The position numbers were made by a program, and so were the translations under genes. A stretch of DNA of 64,000 nt from the NCBI GenBank assembly GCA_934154805.1, contig CAKPGM010000009.1:372-64371 (forward strand), given 5' to 3'. Below are positions 47,856-58,459 of this stretch, piece by piece. Each line of letters begins with the position of its first letter. The stretch's first letter is position 1. The DNA is from an uncultured Clostridia bacterium (GTDB taxonomy: Bacteria > Bacillota > Clostridia > TANB77 > CAG-508). Below the pieces are notes generated by a model. It made no database searches. It saw only the letters and a program-made list of their open reading frames with translations, and was not told the origin of the DNA.

Positions 47856-50293
47856 ATAAGTTGATTCACGTCACTTTCCAGTCTTTCTATTTCTTGCTTA
47901 ATTCCTTGTTGTTTGCTTATATGCAATCTTGATAATTCAAAATCTAACATATATGATTTCTTATTTTCAAACTCTTCTTGTGCTTCTTTATATATACTAA
48001 TCATTAATTCTTCGAATTCTTTATCTTGCATCTTTCTATTATAATTTTCTATCATCTTACCGAAGTTAATCATTTGATATATTCTATCTATTTGATATCT
48101 TGCATCAAATTTCCTTATTTCTTTTGTTTTGTAAAAATAGTTTTGTATCTCTCTTAAGCTGTTTATATCTTCGTGTTCATTCAAGCATGCACTCACATAA
48201 TCGCTTATATTGTAAGCTAAGAAATCATAGCCTGCAATGTAATATGCCTCTTTGTCAAATAGATACTTATAATTTTCAAGTTTAACCTTTCTATCACTTG
48301 TCTGTACTACAATATTTTCTCTAGTTTTTATATCATAAGGAAATATCTTAGCAACTTTTTCATATATTTTTACTCTTTCTTCTTTCCCTCTGTCTATAAT
48401 TGCTGTAGTATTTATTACATATATTCCATATACAAAATTATATAGAAACGCAACTAATGCAATTATATAAATTACACCGTTGATAATTTCATCTTTTATT
48501 TTTGTTTCTCTTTTTTCAGATTTATTTATACTAATAAAAGCTAGCAACAAGTATAAGACTAACATTACATATATAAATGCCATACTATAATCAAAGCAAG
48601 AATGGAATAACATACATCCAATTGCACACAGTATACTTATGCTTGAAATATCTTCATTTTTTATTGCAGTAATCATATTTTTTATCAATATGACTATAAT
48701 AGCAATGAATATTCCTAATCCAAGAACGCCAAACTCTAACCATATTTGTAAAGGATAATTATGCACATCTTTGCTCTTATATGCATAGCTTTGTACTTCA
48801 AGATACTTATATCTCCAACCATTTCCGCCAATTCCAAATATCCAGTTTCCATTTTCTTTCATAATCTTCAAAGCATCTTTATAGAAAGTTACTCTTTCCC
48901 AAGCATTTTTGCTCTTGGTTATTCCGCTACTAAATCTGTCCATCATACCCGTTGGTAGGTATTTATAATTTAATATTGCCTCTTGATCATTTAATAATAA
49001 TTTATTTATTTTAAAATATGACTCAGCACTAGGATTTCTAGATTCTATTTCTATACTAAAAGATGTTGTTGCTTTATCTGTTGTTATTTCAACCTCTTTT
49101 ATTCCAGAGAATTCTCCAAAGAATACATCTGTACCTTTGATGTAATCCATATATTTATCTCTTTCAACAATTACCATTTTATAATCGTCATCTTTTTTTG
49201 CATGCGATTCAATATCAAATTGCAATAAATACTTGTAGTCGCCTTGTACATTATATACATTTTTTTCTACCTTAGAGTATGATGATTTTGCATCAAACAC
49301 CACTAATGGTTTAGATATTTTTCTAACACTAAAGAAATATATGCCCACTAGTGCAATCAGTGTTGTTAAAACAATAATGCTTTTTTTGGCATTTATCTTT
49401 TTTATTTTTTCTATATTCTTTATAGCTATCTTGCATAATCCAGTAGTTATTATTGCATTTATTAATATTCCAATCCATATTTTATAATATTGTCCAGACA
49501 ATAATGTTTCACTGTATACTTTTGAATACACCATACCACATAGTATCATAATTATTGCAGTAACTATTAATTCTTGCTTTTGTTTTTTGTCTTTATTGAC
49601 TATGTAATAAAGTATTATTACCATTGCAAGTGTAACATACATTATTCTACTATATGTTAAAATTAATCCTAATATTAGTATTGATAATTCAACAAAATAA
49701 AATATTTTTAGTTTTTTGTTCTCTGTTTGAAGTAACTGTCCAAATGCTATAAATATTGTTCCACCAATTAGTGTTGCCAATGCATTTGGTGAATAGAATA
49801 TTGATTCTAATCTCGTCAATTCCGTATTATCATTTTCTAAAATATTGGCAGTCATTTTGTCAATGCCTATAAATATCAACATTATTGTTAATAAAATACT
49901 TACATTTATTAATACATTCTTAGTTTTAGGTTGTTCAATGCACAATTGTTTTATTATAATATAAAATTCTAACAACATAATATATTGATTAAATATAAAG
50001 ATTGAATCATCTATGCTAACAGCCCTTTGAAGTATAATTGGTACTGCCGAAGCTATAGTTAAACCTAATATACAAAAGTCTAGTTTATTAGTCAGTATTG
50101 CCTGTTTTTTTATAATTGATTTTATTATAATAATTATTCCTATTAAACAAATAGCAATATATTGATAAGCTAGTTCTATTGTTCCTTTTGGTGAATATTT
50201 TATTGTACATGCAGTATAAGTTAAAGTCACTATTATAAGAATTGTAAAAATATTCTCTTTTATTATTTTAAATAATCGTTTTATTTTACTCAT
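47846..50293 (-). CDS. Wzy_C-family (O-antigen ligase / O-oligosaccharyltransferase / polymerase family) membrane protein with extra domains
   Basis: 815 aa; >=10 TM; motif GIGGNGWRY...VHNYPLQIWLEFGVLGLG resembles the Wzy_C loop; ~170-aa soluble insertion and ~190-aa C-terminal helical domain. Confidence 0.6.
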   Translation of the reverse strand: MSKIKRLFKIIKENIFTILIIVTLTYTACTIKYSPKGTIELAYQYIAICLIGIIIIIKSIIKKQAILTNKLDFCILGLTIASAVPIILQRAVSIDDSIFIFNQYIMLLEFYIIIKQLCIEQPKTKNVLINVSILLTIMLIFIGIDKMTANILENDNTELTRLESIFYSPNALATLIGGTIFIAFGQLLQTENKKLKIFYFVELSILILGLILTYSRIMYVTLAMVIILYYIVNKDKKQKQELIVTAIIMILCGMVYSKVYSETLLSGQYYKIWIGILINAIITTGLCKIAIKNIEKIKKINAKKSIIVLTTLIALVGIYFFSVRKISKPLVVFDAKSSYSKVEKNVYNVQGDYKYLLQFDIESHAKKDDDYKMVIVERDKYMDYIKGTDVFFGEFSGIKEVEITTDKATTSFSIEIESRNPSAESYFKINKLLLNDQEAILNYKYLPTGMMDRFSSGITKSKNAWERVTFYKDALKIMKENGNWIFGIGGNGWRYKYLEVQSYAYKSKDVHNYPLQIWLEFGVLGLGIFIAIIVILIKNMITAIKNEDISSISILCAIGCMLFHSCFDYSMAFIYVMLVLYLLLAFISINKSEKRETKIKDEIINGVIYIIALVAFLYNFVYGIYVINTTAIIDRGKEERVKIYEKVAKIFPYDIKTRENIVVQTSDRKVKLENYKYLFDKEAYYIAGYDFLAYNISDYVSACLNEHEDINSLREIQNYFYKTKEIRKFDARYQIDRIYQMINFGKMIENYNRKMQDKEFEELMISIYKEAQEEFENKKSYMLDFELSRLHISKQQGIKQEIERLESDVNQLINK

Positions 50294-51935
50294 ATTTAAA
50301 TATTTCTCCGTCTTTTAAAATATATTTGTTCTCAAAGTTTTCTATATGTTTTAAGTTATGGGTAACAACTACTATAGTGTGTTCTGTTTTTAGTTTTTCT
50401 AGTAGTTCAAATATTGAATTTTCTATGTTTTCGTCTAATGCGTTCGTTGCCTCATCTAATAAGATAATTTTGCTTTCTCTTAGCAAAGCTCTTGCAATAG
50501 CAAATCTTTGTCTTTGCCCTCCACTCAAGTTTACACCATTTTCTCCTATTAGTGTTTCGTATTTTTCTGGCAAAGACTGTATGTATTTATCCAACTCCAC
50601 TTTTTTGCAAACTTCTTGCAATTCATCTTCTCTAGCATTTGGTTTAGCAAGTAATAAGTTATCTTTTATGCTCATATTAAATATATAAAAATCTTGAGAA
50701 ATCATTGAAATATTTTTTCTTAAATATTTCTCAGATAAGTCTTTTATATCCTTATCATCTATTTTTATTTTTCCTTCATTTGCCACATAAGTTCTTGCAA
50801 TTAAATTTAGAATTGTTGTCTTTCCGCTACCATTCTCTCCAATAATAGCTACTTTTTCGTTTGGCATGATAGAAAATGTACAATTATTTAGAATATATTT
50901 GTCATCATATTTGAATTTTACATTTTCAAAATCTATTTTACCTAAACATTCGCAATTACAATCTTCTTCCTCATTATTTTCTTCTTTATACATATCTATA
51001 ATATCAAATATTCTATTGCTAGATAGATTAAATCTTGCAATCATATCCAATAAGTCTGTGAAGTTGTCAACAAAGCTAAATAAGTTTACTCTGTACATAA
51101 ATATAGTAACAAATTGCTCAACACTCATAATATTTTTTTGTATCAAGTATATACTTAAAAATATTACAATAGCATTGGCTGCCCATTCTATTATTACTGT
51201 TAATTTCATATACAAATTGAATATAAAATCTGCTTTATATTGATAATTTTCTATGTTTTTAAAAGATTCCTGAGTTTTGTCAGAAAATTGTTTCTTGACA
51301 TTTAGTAATTTTATTTCTTTTATTCCATTAAGAATCTCATTCCATAAGCTAGTACTCTTCTCTTCTTCTTTTAAATATTGGCTCTTATATTTTCTTTTTG
51401 TGTTGACTCCCTTTTTTCTAATGTACAAACTCAATATAAATGATACTAAATATATTGTTCCTAATATAGGATTTAGGTATATAACATATATTATGACTCC
51501 AATGTTTGTAAATAATAGCAACATGTTTTGCTTTATTCCATTAAATAGGTCTGTAATAATATCTGGATCTTTATTTATTCTTTGTATAAATTTTCCTTTT
51601 TGTTCTTTATCAAAAGATTGGATTTCTAGATGAAAAATGCTTTTAGCTAAACTGCTCTTTATTTTCACTATAAAATCTTTTCTTAGGTCATAAAATGCTC
51701 TAGTACTTAATATCGTACTCAATAATTTTATTGATTGTAATACTGCCAGTATTACAATGTTTATAATAACTGCTTTATATTCAGCTTTTAGCATTGATGT
51801 TATTATATTAGCTATCAGCGCTGGTGTAAAAATAGAAATTATTATTGTCAAAGCACTAATTATGCTAATTTCATATATATTTTTTTTCTTAGCCATTTTG
51901 GCATATCTTTTTAGATATCTATAAAACTCTTTCAT
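50286..51935 (-). CDS. ABC exporter, fused permease/ATPase (MsbA/PglK-like half transporter)
   Basis: 549 aa; 6 TM; Walker A GENGSGKTT, signature LSGGQRQR, Walker B ILLDEAT. Confidence 0.85.
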   Translation of the reverse strand: MKEFYRYLKRYAKMAKKKNIYEISIISALTIIISIFTPALIANIITSMLKAEYKAVIINIVILAVLQSIKLLSTILSTRAFYDLRKDFIVKIKSSLAKSIFHLEIQSFDKEQKGKFIQRINKDPDIITDLFNGIKQNMLLLFTNIGVIIYVIYLNPILGTIYLVSFILSLYIRKKGVNTKRKYKSQYLKEEEKSTSLWNEILNGIKEIKLLNVKKQFSDKTQESFKNIENYQYKADFIFNLYMKLTVIIEWAANAIVIFLSIYLIQKNIMSVEQFVTIFMYRVNLFSFVDNFTDLLDMIARFNLSSNRIFDIIDMYKEENNEEEDCNCECLGKIDFENVKFKYDDKYILNNCTFSIMPNEKVAIIGENGSGKTTILNLIARTYVANEGKIKIDDKDIKDLSEKYLRKNISMISQDFYIFNMSIKDNLLLAKPNAREDELQEVCKKVELDKYIQSLPEKYETLIGENGVNLSGGQRQRFAIARALLRESKIILLDEATNALDENIENSIFELLEKLKTEHTIVVVTHNLKHIENFENKYILKDGEIFKYE

Positions 51936-51945
51936 TAGCGCTCCT

Positions 51946-52779
51946 TTACTTTATAATACTTCTTACTTTTCTTTTAAAACATATCCATATACATTTAAAA
52001 AGTGTTTTTGCTCCTATTTTTCCTCTCATGGTATAGCTAAATAACATTTCATCTATATTATCTATATCATACCAGATAAATGCTTTTTGTAAAATATCGA
52101 TTATAGCTTCTGCGTTATCAATTGTATCCACTTTAAAGTTAATCCCCATATCTACAGAATTTAAAAAGGAATTTTGTCCTGTTATGCCTATATGTTGTAC
52201 ATAACTGTTTTTTGTGCAAAAGATCCTAGCTCCCTCTTTAGTCAGCATATTGCAATAAAAATTATCAAAAGAAATCAACCCTGAATATTCTTTGTTAATA
52301 AATTTTTCTACCGCTTCTTTTGAAATAACAGTACCAGCAGAACCAATGTCTTTTTTTATTTCAAATCTTTCACTATATTCTTCTATTGCTTTATGAGTAT
52401 GAGCATTAAATAAAGAGAAAATTACTGTTTCATTTTTTTCTTCTAGTTCTTTTATTCCATTTTCAATATGCTTTAAGATGTCTGTATTAAATATCAAATC
52501 AGAATCAGCTACAAACAAATACTCATTATCACTATTAGCAAAATCTTTGAACATTTTTTGTGTATTATAATCAGCTCCCAGATTATCCTTATTTATAGTT
52601 ATTTTGTCCGCCATAGGATATTTTTCATTTAAATATTTTCTATCGTATTCTGTGCTGCAATCATCAAAAATTCTTACACAGGTATTTTGTATTCCTTCAA
52701 CCTCTCCTAATGAGCGTGATGTATATTCTATTAATTTTTTTCTATTATACGTGCATATGCCTATCATTAATTTTTTCAT
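51946..52779 (-). CDS. Glycosyltransferase family 2-like
   Basis: 277 aa; IGICTYNRK N-terminus, FDDCS and VADSD acidic motifs. Confidence 0.65.
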   Translation of the reverse strand: MKKLMIGICTYNRKKLIEYTSRSLGEVEGIQNTCVRIFDDCSTEYDRKYLNEKYPMADKITINKDNLGADYNTQKMFKDFANSDNEYLFVADSDLIFNTDILKHIENGIKELEEKNETVIFSLFNAHTHKAIEEYSERFEIKKDIGSAGTVISKEAVEKFINKEYSGLISFDNFYCNMLTKEGARIFCTKNSYVQHIGITGQNSFLNSVDMGINFKVDTIDNAEAIIDILQKAFIWYDIDNIDEMLFSYTMRGKIGAKTLFKCIWICFKRKVRSIIK

Positions 52780-52782
52780 TTT

Positions 52783-53670
52783 CTATATCCATTCCTCTAT
52801 CTTTTTCTGAGAAATTCCCCATTTTTTCATCTCTCTTCTATCTACATTACAATATCTGCAAAAAGGTGCTGGTTTAGCCAAGAAATTCAATATTTCTTCT
52901 TTGTTCTGAACTTTATATATGTCAATTCCATCATTCTCACAAACATGCAAATCACATTTAAAGTGATTTATAAAATGTTGTATATGTGGGATAGTAGAGC
53001 AGGTATACAATTTTCCATGTTTTAAAGTATGGCATGAATTAGCCAGATAACACTTCAAAAAGCTCTTTTCTGGTTGTTGTCTTCCCTCTATATCCAAAGG
53101 TAGGTGATTAAATGTTTCTACCGGTTGTTCACAGAAAAATCTAAACTGTACTCTTTCTTTATGACACTTCTCTTTAATTTTTTCTACATCTAAATTTATT
53201 GGATATCTTGTCACTGTTAAGTTTATATTATTCTCTCTTAGAGCTCTCCAAAATGGTTCTTTCATACTTAAAATCAATATTCCATTTGTATCAATGTCTA
53301 TAAGGGTGTTCGGAAAATATTTTCTTGTTATATCACAAAACTTAGCAATATCTGGATGTAATAATGGTTCTCCTCCCATAAGTCTAATAAAATTTGCTTC
53401 TTTATTAAACAATTCAGATAATCGTTTGCAATCTTTCTCATATTCATTTATATCTAAAAAACCTTCTTCTGCAATAGGACAAAAGTGAGAACAATATTTG
53501 CAATTCAAATTACAGTGTTCTACTAATTGTACTTCATAATCCAACATTGCTTTTGGTGTTTTTCGCACTTCCATTTCAACAATTTTTTCAACAGTTAAAT
53601 TACTTAAATCTTCCCCCTTTTTATAAGTAGCAGGAACTATTTTTTTCATAAATTTCTTAAATTTGTTCAT
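52783..53670 (-). CDS. Radical SAM enzyme
   Basis: 295 aa; CNLNCKYC (CxxxCxxC), GGEPLL; additional C-terminal Cys (C..C, CRYC). Confidence 0.8.
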   Translation of the reverse strand: MNKFKKFMKKIVPATYKKGEDLSNLTVEKIVEMEVRKTPKAMLDYEVQLVEHCNLNCKYCSHFCPIAEEGFLDINEYEKDCKRLSELFNKEANFIRLMGGEPLLHPDIAKFCDITRKYFPNTLIDIDTNGILILSMKEPFWRALRENNINLTVTRYPINLDVEKIKEKCHKERVQFRFFCEQPVETFNHLPLDIEGRQQPEKSFLKCYLANSCHTLKHGKLYTCSTIPHIQHFINHFKCDLHVCENDGIDIYKVQNKEEILNFLAKPAPFCRYCNVDRREMKKWGISQKKIEEWI

Positions 53671-53672
53671 TA

Positions 53673-54653
53673 TTAATCACTTTCCTTTTTATTCTTTCTC
53701 TTTCCATATACTTTAAATAAAAACCAATATTTCATCTGACAACCAAATATATGAAATATTTTTCTAAGTCCTGCTTTTCCTTCTCTTGCTATATCAATAC
53801 ACACTTCGTCCACAGGTGACGTTCTTAGTACTTCGTATGGGTCTTTTGTATATTCATCTATCAGTTGATTATAGTAAGCAGTTTTTTTAGCATATTGCCA
53901 AAAATATTTGTTATATTTAGAGTAGATATTCCTATATGGTTTTGTTACATATGTAAAATGTATGATTATAGGCTGTTCTACAAATAAGTCTTTATATTTC
54001 TTTTTACGAATTTTAGTCTTAAATTTATCATAAGAAGCCAAATTTGTTTGATAATTATACATCGGTTTCAACACTTTCATATTATCCTTGCACACAATAT
54101 TTAGTGCTGTTTGGTCTGGAAATCTGTAATTAGTATTTTTCTTCAAGACATCTAAGCATTTCTCTCTGATTTTTTGTTTTTTAAATTCTTTTGTATTAAA
54201 TACCAATACTCCTGAATTAAGATTTGTATAGATTTCATTTGTATAATACGTAAAGTCCATTATCATTGCTATAGGCTTGTTTTCTAAGTCCTCATTGTAT
54301 AGTTTTTCTATATCATCAATTACAATTGTATCACAATCTAGGTAAATTATTTTATCATACTTTAATATTAGTGGAGCATAATATCTATAATACATTTCTA
54401 TCGGATATTCTGATGTTGCATATAAAATATCATAATCCAAATATTCACTAACATCCATACATCTCACAGAAACATTGTCTTTAGATAACGCTTCCAAATT
54501 TAATATATCTTCTTTTTTTAGCCTCGTATGAAATACATAAATTTCGTATAAATTTTTATCTGATGCATTTTCAACTATTGATGATATTGCTACACTACAT
54601 AATGGTACATAATTTGAATCACACGAAAAGACTATTGGTATCTTTTTTTGCAT
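53673..54653 (-). CDS. Glycosyltransferase family 8
   Basis: 326 aa; IPIVFSCDSNY start, DxD in YLDCDTIV, NSGVLVFN. Confidence 0.8.
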   Translation of the reverse strand: MQKKIPIVFSCDSNYVPLCSVAISSIVENASDKNLYEIYVFHTRLKKEDILNLEALSKDNVSVRCMDVSEYLDYDILYATSEYPIEMYYRYYAPLILKYDKIIYLDCDTIVIDDIEKLYNEDLENKPIAMIMDFTYYTNEIYTNLNSGVLVFNTKEFKKQKIREKCLDVLKKNTNYRFPDQTALNIVCKDNMKVLKPMYNYQTNLASYDKFKTKIRKKKYKDLFVEQPIIIHFTYVTKPYRNIYSKYNKYFWQYAKKTAYYNQLIDEYTKDPYEVLRTSPVDEVCIDIAREGKAGLRKIFHIFGCQMKYWFLFKVYGKRKNKKESD

Positions 54654-55528
54654 ATTCTTCTCCTTATCTTAAACACTTTATAATATAAATTGGGAAATAT
54701 ATAAAAGCACATATATTTCATATTTCCATTATTTTTTAATTCTTTTCTAAATTCTGTTACTATTTCTTTTTTAGTAATATTGTTATCTTTAAATTGGCAA
54801 TATAAATATATATAATAATTCATATACAATTTGTAAAATATTTCTTTATATTTTGTATTCTCAAAAAATACATATCTATCTTTAAATACATTTAATATTT
54901 CTTGGTAGTAATTTAATCTTTTTGACGTTATTCCATTTGGATTATCACAATAGTTGTATGTTTTTTTACTAACAAAAGTTATTTTATTTGTTCTTTCCAA
55001 TATATGATAAATCATATACTCATCCTCTGCAATATGCACATCGGGATATTTCAATCCATCGAACAATTCTTTTTTCATAAGTTTGTTCCATTGCACCATA
55101 AAGTATTTTATTTTTTGATTAAAGATGTACTCATATTTATCATCTTTTATTGTTATATCCTTTGCACTAGAGTCTTCTATATTCCCTATCACCATATCAC
55201 TATTTGTTTCAATTAATTTATTATACAGTATCTCTATTGCATCTTCTTCCAAATAATCATCAGCATCAACAAAAAACAAATATTTAGTATTACATTTTTC
55301 TAATCCTAAATTTCTTGCACTGGCAACTCCTTCATTCTGTTTTTTATAAATTTGCACCCTGTCTTTATATTTTTCCAGTACCTCATCTGTTTTATCCGTG
55401 CTTCCATCGTTAATTACAATAACATCTAAGTTCTGATAACTTTGATTCAACACACTTTTTAGGCACTTTTCTATCGAATCTTCATTGTTGCATGTAGGAA
55501 TTATCACAGAAATCCTTTCTTTGTTCAT
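54632..55528 (-). CDS. Glycosyltransferase family 2
   Basis: ISVIIPTCNNEDSI, NDGSTD, FVDADD. Confidence 0.85.
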   Translation of the reverse strand: MNKERISVIIPTCNNEDSIEKCLKSVLNQSYQNLDVIVINDGSTDKTDEVLEKYKDRVQIYKKQNEGVASARNLGLEKCNTKYLFFVDADDYLEEDAIEILYNKLIETNSDMVIGNIEDSSAKDITIKDDKYEYIFNQKIKYFMVQWNKLMKKELFDGLKYPDVHIAEDEYMIYHILERTNKITFVSKKTYNYCDNPNGITSKRLNYYQEILNVFKDRYVFFENTKYKEIFYKLYMNYYIYLYCQFKDNNITKKEIVTEFRKELKNNGNMKYMCFYIFPNLYYKVFKIRRRICKKRYQ

Positions 55529-56472
55529 ATAACATTTCCTCTCTTTAATATTATAAAATCAGAAACTATATTAGGCATTATAGAAAAACAAAAATACTTT
55601 ATTTTTCTTTTAATATTTAGTTTAAAATCTATGTTATTGTATTCTTGTTCAAATATATTCTTCAAGTACTCTTGCTCTTCTTTTTGTTTGTTGATTTTGC
55701 ATAAACTGTACAAAAGTAGAATCATATCTATTTTAGCCATTCTGTTTTTTATTATAAGTTCTTTATCTTGAGGAAAATACTTTTCTCTTTCATCAAATAC
55801 CTCTAATAATTCTAGTTTCTTTTTGTTAAATGTTCTTTGTCTGCTATTTTTGTGTATTCTATAAAAATAGAGCTTTTGGTTGCTTACAACTATTTTATTT
55901 TTCGCTTCAAATATTAGTTTATGTACTATGAATTCGTCTTCATTTTCACGTTCTGTATCAAATCTTATCTTTTCAAATATTTCTTTTTTGTACAACTTAT
56001 TTGTTATTATTACTGTTCTAACCCCGTTTTTGCTATATAACCTAGACATCATCTGCCTTGGAGTAACTACTTCTTCTTGATCATCTATATTCTTTATTCG
56101 CTTAGCATTCATATATTGAATATCAGCTTCAACAATGTCTGCATTATATTTATTTTGTAATAATATTAGCATCTGCAAATAATTTTTATCTACTTCATCA
56201 TCAGAATCTATGAAACAAATAAAATCTCCTGTCGCTACATTAATTCCTTGATTTCTAGCATTACTTACACCTTCGTGCTCTAATTCTAATATTTTAATTC
56301 TATCATCTTCTTGTTGATATTTTTTGCATATTGATACAGACTCATCTTTACTTCCATCACTAACTATTATTAGCTCAAAATTTCTGTATGTCTGAGATAA
56401 TATTGATTCTATACATTGTTTTAAATATTTTTCCGAATTATAAATTGGTACAATTACTGATATTTTTTCCAA
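55525..56472 (-). CDS. Glycosyltransferase family 2
   Basis: ISVIVPIYNSEKYL, SDGSKD, FIDSDD. Confidence 0.85.
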   Translation of the reverse strand: MEKISVIVPIYNSEKYLKQCIESILSQTYRNFELIIVSDGSKDESVSICKKYQQEDDRIKILELEHEGVSNARNQGINVATGDFICFIDSDDEVDKNYLQMLILLQNKYNADIVEADIQYMNAKRIKNIDDQEEVVTPRQMMSRLYSKNGVRTVIITNKLYKKEIFEKIRFDTERENEDEFIVHKLIFEAKNKIVVSNQKLYFYRIHKNSRQRTFNKKKLELLEVFDEREKYFPQDKELIIKNRMAKIDMILLLYSLCKINKQKEEQEYLKNIFEQEYNNIDFKLNIKRKIKYFCFSIMPNIVSDFIILKRGNVI

Positions 56473-56486
56473 ATTTTATCCTCCGA

Positions 56487-57404
56487 CTATCTTTTAAAAA
56501 GTTTATATAATATTTTATACATTGTGAAATCTGATATAAACAAATATAACTGCCACTTCTTCCATACAGTATATTTTGATTTTTTTATGCTTTCTACGTT
56601 ATTCTGCACTTGTTCTTTTACCTTTGACAATAATTCATTATTATATGAATCATTTAATATCATACTATTTGCAATAGCTATTGAATTAAATAACGAATAC
56701 GTTATATAATCATCAATCAACTCTGGGAATTTCTGTTTTACTAGCTCTCTATTTCCTAAGCAAGCTTTCATTCTGTCATCATTTTTAAAATATTTAGATC
56801 TACTGTCTTCTCTTTGTGTGTAATTGTATAATATTTTTTCTAGATAAACAACTTTATCAGCATTAGCAAAGGCTTCTACTGCAAATTTAATATCTTCAAA
56901 ATGATTAGATTTATCAAACCACAAATCTTTAAGCTTTTCTTTTCTAAAAATTTTACCCACTACAGACATTGGAATTTTCTCTGGCAATGCTATTAGGTAT
57001 TTAAAAGCTTCTGTCTTGTCTAATTCATATAGTTTTCCTGTATTATTTTTGTATGAACAAGCTACTATTGAAGCCTCTTTTTGTCTAATTAAGTTGATCA
57101 TTGTTTCCAAAAAATTTAGCTCTATTGTATCATCACTATCAACAAAGCAAATAAAATCACCAGTAGCTTCTTTTAGTCCCCTGTTTCGTGCTTGTCCAGT
57201 TCCTTGGTTTTCTTGGGTAAATACTTTTATTCTTTTATCTGAACATTTTTGTATTTTTTCCAATGTTTTATCTGTGCTTCCATCATTTATAACAATTAGT
57301 TCTAAATTATCATATGTCTGATTCAATACAGAATTAATACTTTTCTCAATCCTTTTTTCATCATTAAACACTGGTATAATTACACTTATTTTCTCCATAA
57401 TCAC
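56487..57404 (-). CDS. Glycosyltransferase family 2
   Basis: ISVIIPVFNDEKRI, NDGSTD, FVDSDD. Confidence 0.85.
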   Translation of the reverse strand: MIMEKISVIIPVFNDEKRIEKSINSVLNQTYDNLELIVINDGSTDKTLEKIQKCSDKRIKVFTQENQGTGQARNRGLKEATGDFICFVDSDDTIELNFLETMINLIRQKEASIVACSYKNNTGKLYELDKTEAFKYLIALPEKIPMSVVGKIFRKEKLKDLWFDKSNHFEDIKFAVEAFANADKVVYLEKILYNYTQREDSRSKYFKNDDRMKACLGNRELVKQKFPELIDDYITYSLFNSIAIANSMILNDSYNNELLSKVKEQVQNNVESIKKSKYTVWKKWQLYLFISDFTMYKILYKLFKR

Positions 57405-58459
57405 TCCATATATATTGATTCCATTTGTTTTATATATTGATTATTCTCCTCGATGTCGTATGCAACCCTTTGGTAATTCAGTTCTTTATTTATTTTGTTG
57501 GCCCATTTATAAGGGGTATCATTTAACTTCATTTTTACAATATTTTTATCATTAAAGTTATGTGATACTTTTGTTGGAACAAAACACTTCAATGATGAGA
57601 TTAAGGCTTCATAAATAGTCAATCCATATCCCTCGTATTTCGAAGTAGACACATAGCAGTCAAACATCTGGTACATATTCTCTATATGTTTTTCCTTCCC
57701 TAACATAATTACATCATTAGTTAGTTTTTCTTGTTCTATCAATTTACAAATGTTCTTTTGTTCATTTCCTGTCCCAATTAAAAACAATTTCGAATTTGGT
57801 CTCAATCTCTTAAATTCAGCAAAAACTCTTATTAGGAATTGTTGATTTTTTTGTTTTGTTAATCTTCCTATATTGCCAATTACAATCTCATCTTCACTAA
57901 TGTTGTATTTTTTTCTTGTTTCTATTCTCTTCTCCTCATTATATATAAATCTTTTGCGGTCAATTTCACTTTTTACAATTTCATACTTCACACCATTTTT
58001 AAAGCAAAACTTTGCTGTTTCTTTAGAAGATGCTATATATCTATATTTTTTACTACTAAATATACATCTAAATATGCTAGCTATAATTGTTTTCATTTTT
58101 AAAATGTCATTATCAAAACTTGAATTATGTGCATATACTACAACTTTGTTAGATTTACGTTTAACTAACAAAGCATAAAAAAGTCCAATTGGACTATGTA
58201 TGTTTATATTTATAATATCAGCGTTTTTAGTATATCTTCTGATATTAAAACTGGTTTTTATAAATCTGTATATTGGATTTTTGTATTTTTTATTTGATAT
58301 ACTTTGTACTTTATCATTGTACAATTGAGAATTGTTTATTGTGCACAATATCTCTGTAGAGAATTTGTCTTTGTCGATATTTCTTTTTATGTATGTTGAT
58401 ATTTTCTCAATACCACCATTTCCAAAATAATCACAAAAAATTATTAGCTTTTTACTCAT
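57401..58459 (-). CDS. Glycosyltransferase family 4 (GT-B)
   Basis: 352 aa; C-terminal SKYEGYGLTIYEAL (E-x7-E-like). Confidence 0.75.
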   Translation of the reverse strand: MSKKLIIFCDYFGNGGIEKISTYIKRNIDKDKFSTEILCTINNSQLYNDKVQSISNKKYKNPIYRFIKTSFNIRRYTKNADIININIHSPIGLFYALLVKRKSNKVVVYAHNSSFDNDILKMKTIIASIFRCIFSSKKYRYIASSKETAKFCFKNGVKYEIVKSEIDRKRFIYNEEKRIETRKKYNISEDEIVIGNIGRLTKQKNQQFLIRVFAEFKRLRPNSKLFLIGTGNEQKNICKLIEQEKLTNDVIMLGKEKHIENMYQMFDCYVSTSKYEGYGLTIYEALISSLKCFVPTKVSHNFNDKNIVKMKLNDTPYKWANKINKELNYQRVAYDIEENNQYIKQMESIYME

